NCBI GenBank assembly: GCA_965248925.1
Contig: CBDFLE010000006.1
Span: 3,136,001 to 3,200,000 of the forward strand
Length of the DNA: 64,000 bases
Direction: 5' to 3'
Origin: Candidatus Multivoradales bacterium
Lineage (GTDB): Bacteria > Acidobacteriota > Thermoanaerobaculia > Multivoradales > J023
Shown here piece by piece: positions 30,524 to 39,941 of this stretch. The stretch's first letter is position 1. Each line of letters begins with the position of its first letter. The position numbers were made by a program, and so were the translations under genes. The notes below the pieces were generated by a model, which saw nothing but the letters and a program-made list of their open reading frames with translations, searched no databases and was not told where the DNA came from.

Positions 30524-30561
30524 TCCGGCTTCATTCCGGCTTCATTCCGGCTTCATTCCGG
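30518..30561. repeat. 11-bp tandem repeat, 4 copies (CTTCATTCCGG), at the antitoxin-toxin junction
   Basis: Four exact copies. The minus-strand unit CCGGAATGAAG contains ATGA. Confidence 0.95.
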
Positions 30562-30858
30562 TGTTTCACCGAGAATGACTGCCGAAAGCTGTTGCTCTCT
30601 TTCCCGGTGGCCCTCAGTGACAAGATCGATCGCTGTTGCGGTGTTCGTAGCTTGCAGACTCCGCCGAATCACTGCGAGCCTTTCGAGCGCCTGAACCTGG
30701 TGCAGGCGGCTGGCCTCAGTTGCCTCGATCCCTTGATCGATGAACTCCCTGACCAGAGATGAGAGCGACCGGTTCTTGTTCTTGGCCAAGCGGTCGAGCG
30801 CCTGATATTGCTGCTGATCGAGGAGCAGTTGGGTTCGATGGCGGGGCTGACGTTGCAT
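30553..30858 (-). CDS. Ribbon-helix-helix (CopG-like) antitoxin
   Basis: 'RTQLLLDQQQYQALDRLAKNKNRSLSSLVREFID' RHH pattern, upstream of vapC. Confidence 0.8.
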   Translation of the reverse strand: MQRQPRHRTQLLLDQQQYQALDRLAKNKNRSLSSLVREFIDQGIEATEASRLHQVQALERLAVIRRSLQATNTATAIDLVTEGHREREQQLSAVILGETPE

Positions 30859-30879
30859 GCTTCGAGAAGTCATCACTAG

Positions 30880-30903
30880 GCTTACATCGACATCGATGTA
30901 AGC
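30880..30903. promoter_or_regulatory. Palindromic operator of the TA operon
   Basis: Perfect 11-bp arms, GCTTACATCGA-ca-TCGATGTAAGC, about 20 nt upstream of the antitoxin ATG and overlapping a TTGAGC-17nt-TAAGCC promoter-like element on the minus strand. Confidence 0.65.
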
Positions 30904-30950
30904 TCAAGAGTAAGAGTGTAGAGGAGGCTTGGGGCTGGAATGACCCGGTG

Positions 30951-32345
30951 TTATTCCCCAGCCGTGGCGGCCTCTTCTGCTGGCGCCTCTTGCGGCGGTT
31001 CGCCGAGGCCGTAGAGGTTGGAGATGCCGCGCACGACGAGCATTCCGTCGGTGATCGCCGGGGTGGTCATGATTACCTCGGGCAGGCTGTTGCTGGCCAA
31101 GAGTTCGTATTCGGCGCCGGCTTTGACGACGTAAATATCGCCGTCTTCGCTGGCAAAGTAGATGCGCCCATCGGCGGCCACTGGTGAGCCGGAGAAGGCG
31201 GCGCTCCCCTTGCTCAGGCGCTGACGGTAGATCTGTTCACCGGTCTTGGCGTCGTAGCAGGTCAACACACCGTTGTTGGCGGTCATGTAGAGGTGGTCGC
31301 CATAGATCAACGGGGTTGGCATGTAGGTACCGCCGCGGGTAGTGCTCCAGGCGACGTGGGCGCTCGAGGTCTCGCCCTCGGCCAAGGTGAGGTCGCCTCG
31401 GCCACCTGGCTTGAGGGCATAGATGGGCCGCACAGGGGGGTAGCCGCCAGTGACGAAAACCATGCCGTGGCCGACCACCGGGGTGCCGACGGTGACTTCT
31501 GAGTTGGGCCCCAGCCGCCACAGCTCTTTGCCGCTCTCGGGGTCGTAGCCGCGGATCTGCTTGCTGCCGTTGGCCACCAATTCGAAACCGTCGCCGGCCG
31601 GTAGCAGGGTGGGCGTGCCCCAGGAGGGCAGGTTGTCGCGTTGGGTCTTCCACAGCTGTTTGCCGTCAGCCAAGGAGAAGGCGGCGATGAAGGAGTCGCT
31701 GCTCCTGTCGACTTGCAGGATCACCTTGCCGTCGTGGATCACCGGCGAGCTGGCGTGACCCCACTGGTAGGAAGGGTCGAAGAACCAGCCGGTGTCGAGC
31801 AGACCGAGGTCTTGCCGCCACAGCTGCTTGCCGTCCATAGCGAAAGCGTAGAGGCCCTCGGAGCCCAGGCTGGCGATGATCGTCTGCCCGTCGGTGACCG
31901 GTGAGGCGTTGGCCTGGGTGGCCTTGATGTGGTGACTGGCGCTCGGCTTGCCCGAGTGCACCGGATGGTCAAAGAGCACCTTGCCTGAGTTCTTGTCGAT
32001 CGCCAGCAGGCGCCAGGTGTAGGCGGGGAGGTCGGCCTCGCTGTCGACGTCGCCATAGAGCCCGTGGCGGAATTCTTTCTCCGGCTGGGAGCGCACCGCG
32101 GTTGTGAGGTAGATCCGCTGGCCCCAGATCACCGGGCTGGAGTGGGCACGGCCGGGGATTGGAGTCTTCCAGCGCACATGGGTGCCGTCTTCGCTATTCC
32201 ATTCGAGCGGCGGGCCAGCGCCATCGGCGGTACCCGCAGCATTAGCGCCACGGAAGGCCGGCCAGTTGACGGCGTTGGCTGAGGAGGCGGCGAGCAGCAG
32301 GGCGCTCAGCGCCAGGATTCTCTGGCAATGGGTTCTACTAAGCAT
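30951..32345 (-). CDS. PQQ-like beta-propeller repeat protein, secreted
   Basis: Signal peptide, 'NWPAFRG', 'WKTPIPGRAHSSPVIWG' and repeated blades. Confidence 0.87.
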   Translation of the reverse strand: MLSRTHCQRILALSALLLAASSANAVNWPAFRGANAAGTADGAGPPLEWNSEDGTHVRWKTPIPGRAHSSPVIWGQRIYLTTAVRSQPEKEFRHGLYGDVDSEADLPAYTWRLLAIDKNSGKVLFDHPVHSGKPSASHHIKATQANASPVTDGQTIIASLGSEGLYAFAMDGKQLWRQDLGLLDTGWFFDPSYQWGHASSPVIHDGKVILQVDRSSDSFIAAFSLADGKQLWKTQRDNLPSWGTPTLLPAGDGFELVANGSKQIRGYDPESGKELWRLGPNSEVTVGTPVVGHGMVFVTGGYPPVRPIYALKPGGRGDLTLAEGETSSAHVAWSTTRGGTYMPTPLIYGDHLYMTANNGVLTCYDAKTGEQIYRQRLSKGSAAFSGSPVAADGRIYFASEDGDIYVVKAGAEYELLASNSLPEVIMTTPAITDGMLVVRGISNLYGLGEPPQEAPAEEAATAGE

Positions 32346-32357
32346 GAAATTCTCTCC

Positions 32358-33200
32358 TCAACTTTGCCCGTTGTCGGCATCTGCCGGGGTTTTTTCGACT
32401 GCGGTCTCAGCGGCTCGCTGCAACACCACTTCTTGGCCCGCATTGCGGAGCGTGACCGTGCTTCCCTGGCCATCCTCTCCGCGGCTCATTTCGAGCTTGG
32501 CCGCCGGCATCTCGCGAATTCTGAAGTGGCTCTCGTCGAGAGCTTCGAGGGTCATTTCCTGCGGCCCGAAACTGATCTTGAAAGCCCCGTCGGCGTTGAC
32601 CTTGAGTTCGATGGCGAATTCGTTCTCGCCTTCGTAGCGGCCGGCGTAGCTCGCCAGCAGTTCGGCGGGGGCGTCGTAGCCAGTGGGTTCGGGGGGCTTG
32701 GCGCCAGCCTTTTTCAATATCGCGATCAACCCCTCGTTGTTTTGCTGGGTGACAGCGGCGAGGGCGCCGTCGAGGGACTCTTGGTTGACTTTGCCGGTGG
32801 CGATGACCCGCTCGATGACTTCGGGGTGATCGCGTTGGATCGCCAACATCAGCGCTCCCTGAATACCCTCGGCGCCGTTCTCCACCAACAAGGCCACTAC
32901 CTCGGCGTGGCCGTTCATGGTTGCCCAGATAATCGGTTGGGCCTTGTAGAAGGTGTCTTGGCGGTTGACGTCGGCGCCTTTCTCGATCAGGTATCGCACC
33001 ACTTCGAGCTGGCCCTTGTCGCAGGCGTAGGTCAGCGGGCTAGCGCCGTATTGGGTCGTCGAGTCGGCCTCGACACCGCTTTCCACCAACTGTTGGACGG
33101 TGGCTAAATCGCCCTCGCGGGCGGCGGTGAAGATCGCTTCTTCAGCCGCCAGCGAGGATGCCAGGGCGAGGCAGGCGAGCCAGGGAGTGAGCTTGCGCAT
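32358..33200 (-). CDS. Secreted ankyrin-repeat protein
   Basis: Signal peptide 'MRKLTPWLACLALASSLAA', ankyrin repeats ('SPLTYACDKGQLEVVRYLIEKGADVN') and a C-terminal 'LASYAGRY' beta domain. Confidence 0.82.
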   Translation of the reverse strand: MRKLTPWLACLALASSLAAEEAIFTAAREGDLATVQQLVESGVEADSTTQYGASPLTYACDKGQLEVVRYLIEKGADVNRQDTFYKAQPIIWATMNGHAEVVALLVENGAEGIQGALMLAIQRDHPEVIERVIATGKVNQESLDGALAAVTQQNNEGLIAILKKAGAKPPEPTGYDAPAELLASYAGRYEGENEFAIELKVNADGAFKISFGPQEMTLEALDESHFRIREMPAAKLEMSRGEDGQGSTVTLRNAGQEVVLQRAAETAVEKTPADADNGQS

Positions 33201-33373
33201 GAATTCTCCGGGTGAGTTGGGGACGGTGCAGCACTGCTGCCACTGACCGGCGATGAAGGTGATTTGTCGAGACCCATCCATTCTACGTTTTATTGGGGCC
33301 AAAGATTCACCGGCGAATCAGCTACAATCCGGATGATTTTCACTGCGACCGACTAGATTCCACAGGAGGCCAG

Positions 33374-34735
33374 ATGGCGACATCCGGGGTACCTTCGTCC
33401 GCGCGGCGCGGACGCCCTACACTCCTCTTGCCGTTCCAGGAGTTCTTCCGCAAGGAAAGCTCGAGCGGCAAACTTCTGATGTTCAGCACCGTGGTGGCGA
33501 TGGTCTGGGCCAACTCGCCGTGGGCCGCGTCTTACCACCATCTCTGGCATACCGAAGTCACCCTCGGGGGTGGTGTTTTCCAGCTGACCCAATCTCTCCA
33601 CCACTGGATCAACGATGGTCTGATGGCGGTGTTCTTCTTCCTGGTCGGCTTGGAGATCAAACGCGAGTTGCTGGTCGGCGAGCTGTCCAGCCTGCGCCAG
33701 GCGGCATTGCCGATTTCGGCCGCGGTCGGTGGCATGGTGGTTCCGGCGGTGATCTACACCGCCCTCAACTTCGGTGGCGAGGGCCTGCACGGTTGGGGAG
33801 TGCCAATGGCCACCGATATCGCCTTTGCCCTCGGAATCTTGTCGCTGCTGGGGAATCGCGCTCCCTTGGCCTTGAAGATTTTCCTCGCTGCTTTGGCGAT
33901 CGCCGACGACCTCGGCGCGGTGCTGGTGATCGCGCTGTTTTACACTGACGAGATTTCCTTCGGCTTGCTCGGCGCCGGGATGGTCATCTGGGCGGCGATG
34001 TTTGGCCTCAATTTCATTTTGCGGATTCGCCATCCCCTGCCCTATTTGTTGCTCGGTGGGTTGCTCTGGTTAGCGTTCTTGAAGTCAGGGGTGCATGCAA
34101 CCGTCGCCGGGGTATTGGCGGCATTCGCTATTCCCGCTCGAACCCGGATCAACTCGCGCGAATTCGTCAAACGGGCACATCTCTACTTGCAGGAATTCGA
34201 AGAGGCTGGCGAGCCCGGCGAGAGCACTCTGACCAACGAACGCCAGCGGGCGGCGTTGATGAGCCTGGAGCGGATTTGCGAGAAGGCCGAAACACCGCTG
34301 CAGCGACTGGAGCACAAACACCATCCCTGGGTCAGCTACGTGATCATGCCGCTGTTCGCGCTGGCCAACGCCGGGGTTTCGTTGCGCGGTGGCTTGGATG
34401 CCCTAGCCAATCCAGTGAGTCTGGGGGTGATCGCCGGCTTGGTGATCGGCAAGCAGTTGGGGATCTTCGGTAGCGCCTGGTTAATGGTCAAATTCGGTTG
34501 GGCGAGCTTGCCGACCGGGGTGGGTTGGCGGCACATCTATGGCGCCGCGCTGCTCGGCGGAGTGGGCTTCACCATGTCGCTATTTGTTGCCAACTTGGCG
34601 TTTGATAGCGACGAGCTGCTGCTGATCACCAAGTTGGGTATCTTGACGGCGTCGGTGGTTGCCGGCGTCGCCGGTTGGCTGGTCCTGCGCGGAGCGCCAA
34701 GGGTCGATGAGCCCGAGGAGATCTTCACCGATTAG
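33374..34735 (+). CDS. nhaA: Na+/H+ antiporter NhaA
   Basis: 'HWINDGLMAVFF', 'PMATDIAF', 'LAIADDLG' and 'GVGFTMSLF'. ATG follows AGGAGG. Confidence 0.95.
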   Translation: MATSGVPSSARRGRPTLLLPFQEFFRKESSSGKLLMFSTVVAMVWANSPWAASYHHLWHTEVTLGGGVFQLTQSLHHWINDGLMAVFFFLVGLEIKRELLVGELSSLRQAALPISAAVGGMVVPAVIYTALNFGGEGLHGWGVPMATDIAFALGILSLLGNRAPLALKIFLAALAIADDLGAVLVIALFYTDEISFGLLGAGMVIWAAMFGLNFILRIRHPLPYLLLGGLLWLAFLKSGVHATVAGVLAAFAIPARTRINSREFVKRAHLYLQEFEEAGEPGESTLTNERQRAALMSLERICEKAETPLQRLEHKHHPWVSYVIMPLFALANAGVSLRGGLDALANPVSLGVIAGLVIGKQLGIFGSAWLMVKFGWASLPTGVGWRHIYGAALLGGVGFTMSLFVANLAFDSDELLLITKLGILTASVVAGVAGWLVLRGAPRVDEPEEIFTD

Positions 34736-34810
34736 TCCGCGGCGACGGCCGGCGGTGCTATGGTGCGCCGCCGGGAGCAAACCCCGAGAAGAACCCTTGG
34801 AACCATCGCT

Positions 34811-35551
34811 ATGAGACGTCGTCACGAGTTGTTGCCGAGCACCGCCATGGGTCGCCGCATGCACGTTTGGTGCTTCGGCCACTGGGGTGCTCCCGTGTTG
34901 ATTTTCCCCTCGGCGGCGGGATTCGCCCACGAGTGGGACCGGCAAGGAATGGTCGAGGCATTGCAGCCGTTGATCGAGGGCGGCAAGATCAAGCTCTACT
35001 GTCCGGAATCCAATGTCGCCGAAAGCTGGACGCGTAAGCAGGGCCACCCCATCGAGCGCTTGCAGCGCCACCAGGCTTATGAGCATTTCGTGCTCGACGA
35101 GCTGGTGCCGTGGATTCGTCACGACTGCAACTCGGAGGAGATCCGCATCGGCGCCAGCGGTTGCAGTCTGGGTGCCTTCTACGCCGCCAATTTCGCCCTT
35201 AAACATTCGCGACTATTTCACTATGCCTTGTGCTTGAGCGGTCGCTACGAGGCCAGCCAGTTTCTCGATGGCTTCTCTAATACCGAGGTCTACTTCAACA
35301 ACCCGATGGCCTACCTCAGCAACCTCGAGGGCGACGCTCTCGAAGAAGTGCGGGCCAATACCCATTTGACCCTGGTCTGTGGCCAAGGAGCGTGGGAAGA
35401 GGGCTGCATCGAAGAGACTCACTTGTTGGCCAACATTCTCGAGGCTAAGGGGATTCCCCATTATCGCGACATTTGGGGCCACGATGTCAGCCACGATTGG
35501 GCTTGGTGGCGCCGGCAGGCGGTCTTTCATCTGGGTAAGGCTTTTGGCTAG
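34811..35551 (+). CDS. Esterase-family alpha/beta hydrolase
   Basis: 'FGHWGAPVLIFP', GCSLG nucleophile elbow and 'HDW.WW' (His). Confidence 0.85.
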   Translation: MRRRHELLPSTAMGRRMHVWCFGHWGAPVLIFPSAAGFAHEWDRQGMVEALQPLIEGGKIKLYCPESNVAESWTRKQGHPIERLQRHQAYEHFVLDELVPWIRHDCNSEEIRIGASGCSLGAFYAANFALKHSRLFHYALCLSGRYEASQFLDGFSNTEVYFNNPMAYLSNLEGDALEEVRANTHLTLVCGQGAWEEGCIEETHLLANILEAKGIPHYRDIWGHDVSHDWAWWRRQAVFHLGKAFG

Positions 35552-35715
35552 CCCAGCTCGGCGGCGACGATCAGCCGATCGGTTGGGTCGCCTTGCAGCT
35601 GTAGGGCGAGTTCCTGAAGGCCGTCGAATAGGCAGCTGTTCTCGACCGGCGCGATAGGATCCTGCCGACTGCTCGCCCGAGCTTCGATTCATCTCACCAA
35701 CCACTGGGGGACGCT

Positions 35716-37134
35716 TTGAGAGAGTATCTGCAACACTACGTCGATGGTCAGTGGGCCGAGCCCACCACCGATGCCACGATCGAGGTGATCCACTCGACCA
35801 CCGAGGAGGTCATGGGCCGGATTCCCGAGGGCAGTGGCGAAGACGCGGGCCGCGCGGTGCTCGCCGCCCGGCGGGCGTTTGCCGGCTGGGCGGCGACGCC
35901 AGTTGCCGAGCGCGCCGAGTATCTCGACCAACTGGTTAGCGGCCTGGCCGCCCGCCAGCAGGAGATCGGCGAGGTGATTTCGCAAGAGGTCGGAACCCCG
36001 GCGAAGATGGCCTGGGCGGTGCAAGCGGGTCTGCCGATCAAGGTGATGAAGTCGTTTGCCGAGCTGCTCGGCGAGACCACCTTCGAAGAGCAGATCGGCA
36101 ACTCGCTAGTGTTGCGCGAGCCGATCGGCGTGGTCGCCTGCATCACCCCTTGGAACTACCCTCTGCATCAGATCGTCGCCAAGGTGGCGCCAGCGCTGGC
36201 CGCTGGCTGCACGGTGGTGGTCAAGCCCTCTGAAGTGGCGCCGATCAATGCCTTCATGCTGGCCGAGGTCGTCGACGCGGTGGGCTTGCCTGCTGGGGTT
36301 TTTAATCTTGTTTCTGGCTACGGGCCGGTGGTGGGTGAGGCGCTGGCCAGCCATCCCGAAGTCGATATGGTCTCTTTCACCGGCTCGACCCGAGCTGGAA
36401 TCCGGGTGGCCCAGGTGGCCGCGACGACAGTCAAGCGAGTGGCGCAAGAACTCGGTGGCAAGAGCGCCAATGTGATTCTCGACGATGCCGATTTGCCCAA
36501 GGCGGTCAGGGTCGGGGTGGGCAACGCCTTTTTCAATTCGGGACAGACCTGCTCTGCTTGGACCCGGATGCTGGTGCCACGAGAGCGTCACGACGAGGCG
36601 GTAGGACTGGCCAAGGAGGCCGCTGAGCGGCTTACCGTCGGCGACCCGGAAGCTGGCAAGGCCAAGCTCGGGCCGTTGGTTTCAGCGGCGCAACGGCAGC
36701 GAGTGCGCGAGTTTATCGACCAGGGGGTGGCGGCTGGGGCCGAGCTGGTCACCGGTGGCGCCGAGCCGCCGGAGGGTTTGGAGACGGGTTTCTTCGTCCG
36801 TCCGACGGTGTTCGCCAATGTGCGTGCCGATATGAGCATCGCCCAGCAGGAGATCTTCGGGCCGGTGTTGTCGATTATCCCCTACGATGACGAGGCCGAT
36901 GCCATCCGCATCGCCAACGACACTCAATTCGGCCTGCATGGCGCGGTCTGGTCGGCCGACGCGGAGCGTGCTCAGCGGGTAGCGCGGCAGTTGCGCACCG
37001 GCCAGGTCGACATCAACGGCGGCGCCTTCAATCACCGGGCCCCCTTCGGTGGCTACAAGCGCTCCGGCAACGGCCGCGAGTACGGCAAATACGGCCTCGA
37101 GGAGTTCTTGGAGATCAAGTCCTTGCAGCTGTGA
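35716..37134 (+). CDS. Aldehyde dehydrogenase
   Basis: 'ITPWNYP', 'FTGST', 'ELGGKS', 'FNSGQTC', 'EIFGPV' and 'PFGGYKRSG'. Confidence 0.95.
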   Translation: MREYLQHYVDGQWAEPTTDATIEVIHSTTEEVMGRIPEGSGEDAGRAVLAARRAFAGWAATPVAERAEYLDQLVSGLAARQQEIGEVISQEVGTPAKMAWAVQAGLPIKVMKSFAELLGETTFEEQIGNSLVLREPIGVVACITPWNYPLHQIVAKVAPALAAGCTVVVKPSEVAPINAFMLAEVVDAVGLPAGVFNLVSGYGPVVGEALASHPEVDMVSFTGSTRAGIRVAQVAATTVKRVAQELGGKSANVILDDADLPKAVRVGVGNAFFNSGQTCSAWTRMLVPRERHDEAVGLAKEAAERLTVGDPEAGKAKLGPLVSAAQRQRVREFIDQGVAAGAELVTGGAEPPEGLETGFFVRPTVFANVRADMSIAQQEIFGPVLSIIPYDDEADAIRIANDTQFGLHGAVWSADAERAQRVARQLRTGQVDINGGAFNHRAPFGGYKRSGNGREYGKYGLEEFLEIKSLQL

Positions 37135-37274
37135 GGCAGCTCGTCGGTCACCGACTTTCTACCTTTTTGCCTCTAAGTAGGAACTCCGCCTGCGGGAATG
37201 TTCCGGCTGCAAAGAAGGTGATCATGCTCAATGCTCCAGTCTGCGACCAGTCTAGCGGACCTCCCGAGAGGCAA

Positions 37275-38486
37275 CTAGCCCGCTTCTCTAGCCTGGCGCC
37301 GCAGCTCGAGCTTGGCGACGGTCTCGCGGTGGACTTCGTCGGGGCCGTCGGCGAGGCGCAGGGTGCGCGCGCCGGCCCAGGCGTAGGCGAGGTGGAAGTC
37401 GTCGCACACACCGGCGCCACCGTGCGCCTGGATGGCGCGATCGAGCACCCGCAGGGCCAGGTTGGGGGCCACGACTTTGATCATCGCAATCTCGGCGCGG
37501 GCTTCCTTGTTCCCCACCGTGTCCATCATGTAGGCGGCTTTCAAGGTCAGCAGGCGGGCTTGCTCGATCTCAATTCGTGAGTCGGCGATTTCAGCGCGCA
37601 AGGTGCCTTGCTCGGCCAATGGCTTACCGAAGGCGACCCGCTCGCTGGCCCGCCGGCACATCGCTTCGAGGGCCCGTTCGGCGACTCCAATCAGGCGCAT
37701 GCAGTGGTGGATGCGGCCCGGTCCGAGGCGGCCTTGAGCGATCTCGAAGCCGCGCCCTTCGCCGAGCAACATGTTGCTGGCGGGTACCCGCACGTTGTCG
37801 AAGTTGATCTCGGCATGGCCGTGGGGGGCGTCGTCATAGCCAAAAACCGACAGCATGCGCTCGATGGTGACCCCTGGTGTGTCAAGCGGTACCAGGATCA
37901 TCGATTGGCGGCGATAGGGCAGTGCTTCTGGGCTCGACTGGCCCATCAAAATGGCGATCTTGCAGCGCGGATCGCCGGCCCCGGAGGTCCACCATTTGCG
38001 CCCGTTGATGATGTACTGGTCACCGTCGAGTTCGATCCGGGTGCGGATGTTGGTGGCGTCTGAGGAGGCGACATCGGGTTCGGTCATGGCAAAGCAGGAG
38101 CGGATCTCTCCCGCCAGCAGGGGCTCTAGCCACTGCCGCTGCTGCGCGGCGCTGCCGTAGCGCGCCAACACTTCCATGTTGCCGGTGTCGGGAGCGGCGC
38201 AGTTGAACACTTCTGGTGCCCACAGCACCCGACCCATGATTTCGCACAGCGGCGCGTAGTCCTGATTGCTCAAACCGGCGCCTTGGTCGCTGTCGGGAAG
38301 GAAGAGATTCCACAGCCCGGTGGCTCGCGCCTGGCGTTTCAGCACCTCCACGATCGGCGGTACTTGCCACCGGTCGCCAGCAGCGTGCTGGTCGCGGTAG
38401 GTGATCTCGTTGGGATACACCTGCTGGTCCATGAAGGCCTGCAAGCGCTCGCCGTAGTCTTGGGCTCGGGCCGAGGGTTCGAACAT
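37275..38486 (-). CDS. Acyl-CoA dehydrogenase
   Basis: '[14 protein letters not shown]', '[14 protein letters not shown]', '[13 protein letters not shown]' and '[10 protein letters not shown]'. Confidence 0.95.
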   Translation of the reverse strand: MFEPSARAQDYGERLQAFMDQQVYPNEITYRDQHAAGDRWQVPPIVEVLKRQARATGLWNLFLPDSDQGAGLSNQDYAPLCEIMGRVLWAPEVFNCAAPDTGNMEVLARYGSAAQQRQWLEPLLAGEIRSCFAMTEPDVASSDATNIRTRIELDGDQYIINGRKWWTSGAGDPRCKIAILMGQSSPEALPYRRQSMILVPLDTPGVTIERMLSVFGYDDAPHGHAEINFDNVRVPASNMLLGEGRGFEIAQGRLGPGRIHHCMRLIGVAERALEAMCRRASERVAFGKPLAEQGTLRAEIADSRIEIEQARLLTLKAAYMMDTVGNKEARAEIAMIKVVAPNLALRVLDRAIQAHGGAGVCDDFHLAYAWAGARTLRLADGPDEVHRETVAKLELRRQAREAG

Positions 38487-38522
38487 CGGATCTCCTCGTT
38501 TTGGTGGTTCGACCACGGCCGA

Positions 38523-39890
38523 CTAGTGGCGGGTCAGCGCGGCGGCGATTTCGGCGCCGACGGCTTCGCCGAGGAGGCGGTTGCCGAGCGGGCCAGGGTG
38601 GCAGCAAGGGTCACGGTAGAGGGTCTCCGGATGGTCGCGGAAAACCCCGGTCAGATCTCTAAAATAGATCTGCCGACGGCGCAGCTCTTCGCCACGGGCG
38701 AGCAGTAGTGGATAGCCGGCAACGGTGGCGCGACTCCACAGCCGGTGCGGGTTGTAGAACCGCTGGCGCTCCTCGTTGCTCAGCGGCTTGGTGCCTTCCA
38801 GATGTTGGTTGGGTTGCAGCAGGTGCAAGTAGACGGCGCCGAAGCGCTCGCTCAAGGCCGCCATGCTCAGGGAGGCGTCGCGCCAGATGTCGGCGATTAG
38901 CTGCAAGCAGGGCAGGGATTCGCTCAAGCAGGGATCGTCGAGACTTGCCAGTGAGTCAGAGCGGCTGTCGCCGAGTTCGCTGAGCCCACTTTCGAGTTCC
39001 ACCGACCGAGCTTCTCCGACCCGTACGCGATAGCCGATCATCGCGCGCAGCAGGGCTGAGGTGGCCCAATGTGGGTGCCGCTGAGCAAAGCTGCGTTGAT
39101 ACTCGGTGCGACGCCGGTTGAGCAACAGCTCGGCGGTGGCTTCGATTTCGGCCTCGCTCGGTGAACCACTAGCGAAGTCGACCGCCAAGGCCAGGTAGTC
39201 GCGGTAGGGGAACAAGGGGTGGTCGCCGCGGCTGGCGTCGGAGACACCGAGGGCGAGTTCGTTGAAGCCGTCGAGGTTCACCACCACGTCGAGGGGCACG
39301 TCGAGCAGGATGCATTGGGCTAGCAGGTTGAGCTGTTGCGGTTGTTTGTAGCCGCCAAAGGCCAGGTTGATCAGGCGGATTCGTCCGCGCAGCTCGGGCC
39401 GCAGCTCCTGCAAGCGACGAATGATCGCGTCGCCACCTTCGAGCGCCAAGTTGAGCGCCACCGAGCCGCCGAACAAGCCGACCACGAAGTCCTCTTCATT
39501 CAGTTGACGAAAATCCTCGATGGCCGAAGGGATGCCGAAGGTGTTGATGCGGTTGTGGCTGCGGTACCACTGCTCGGCCGCGGAGTCGGGAAATCCTCGC
39601 CTTCTAAGGGGTACTCGTGAGCCATCGGCTCTCCTGGACCAGCCGAGGAATGGATGCACCACCATCTTGCTGCTGGCTGCGGGCGGTTCAGCAGTCTGCT
39701 GCGAGTCGGCGTCTTGCTCCTTGGCCGACCCATCCGTCAGCTCGTAGTACGAATCGAAAATTGCCCGCTCGACGGGCATCAGGTCGAGCCAACGGACGGT
39801 TACCTCGGCTGCCACCAAGGCTAATAGGGCAGAGACCGCTGACAGCAGCAGCTTGGGGGCGAGTTTGGCCAATGAAATACGGTAGGACAT
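38523..39890 (-). CDS. Membrane-anchored SGNH/GDSL hydrolase-like protein
   Basis: N-terminal TM helix, then blocks 'FGGSVA', 'NLAFGGYKQPQQ', 'LDGFNE' and 'DPCCH'. Confidence 0.6.
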   Translation of the reverse strand: MSYRISLAKLAPKLLLSAVSALLALVAAEVTVRWLDLMPVERAIFDSYYELTDGSAKEQDADSQQTAEPPAASSKMVVHPFLGWSRRADGSRVPLRRRGFPDSAAEQWYRSHNRINTFGIPSAIEDFRQLNEEDFVVGLFGGSVALNLALEGGDAIIRRLQELRPELRGRIRLINLAFGGYKQPQQLNLLAQCILLDVPLDVVVNLDGFNELALGVSDASRGDHPLFPYRDYLALAVDFASGSPSEAEIEATAELLLNRRRTEYQRSFAQRHPHWATSALLRAMIGYRVRVGEARSVELESGLSELGDSRSDSLASLDDPCLSESLPCLQLIADIWRDASLSMAALSERFGAVYLHLLQPNQHLEGTKPLSNEERQRFYNPHRLWSRATVAGYPLLLARGEELRRRQIYFRDLTGVFRDHPETLYRDPCCHPGPLGNRLLGEAVGAEIAAALTRH

Positions 39891-39941
39891 CGGTCGATCA
39901 GTGCGCGGCAGAGCTTCGATTTATAGCACGGGAACGGGCGC

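Noticed and set aside
28699-30561. Short direct repeats as a possible CRISPR array
   Set aside because: The 18-bp and 11-bp units are directly adjacent with no spacers, and there are no cas genes.
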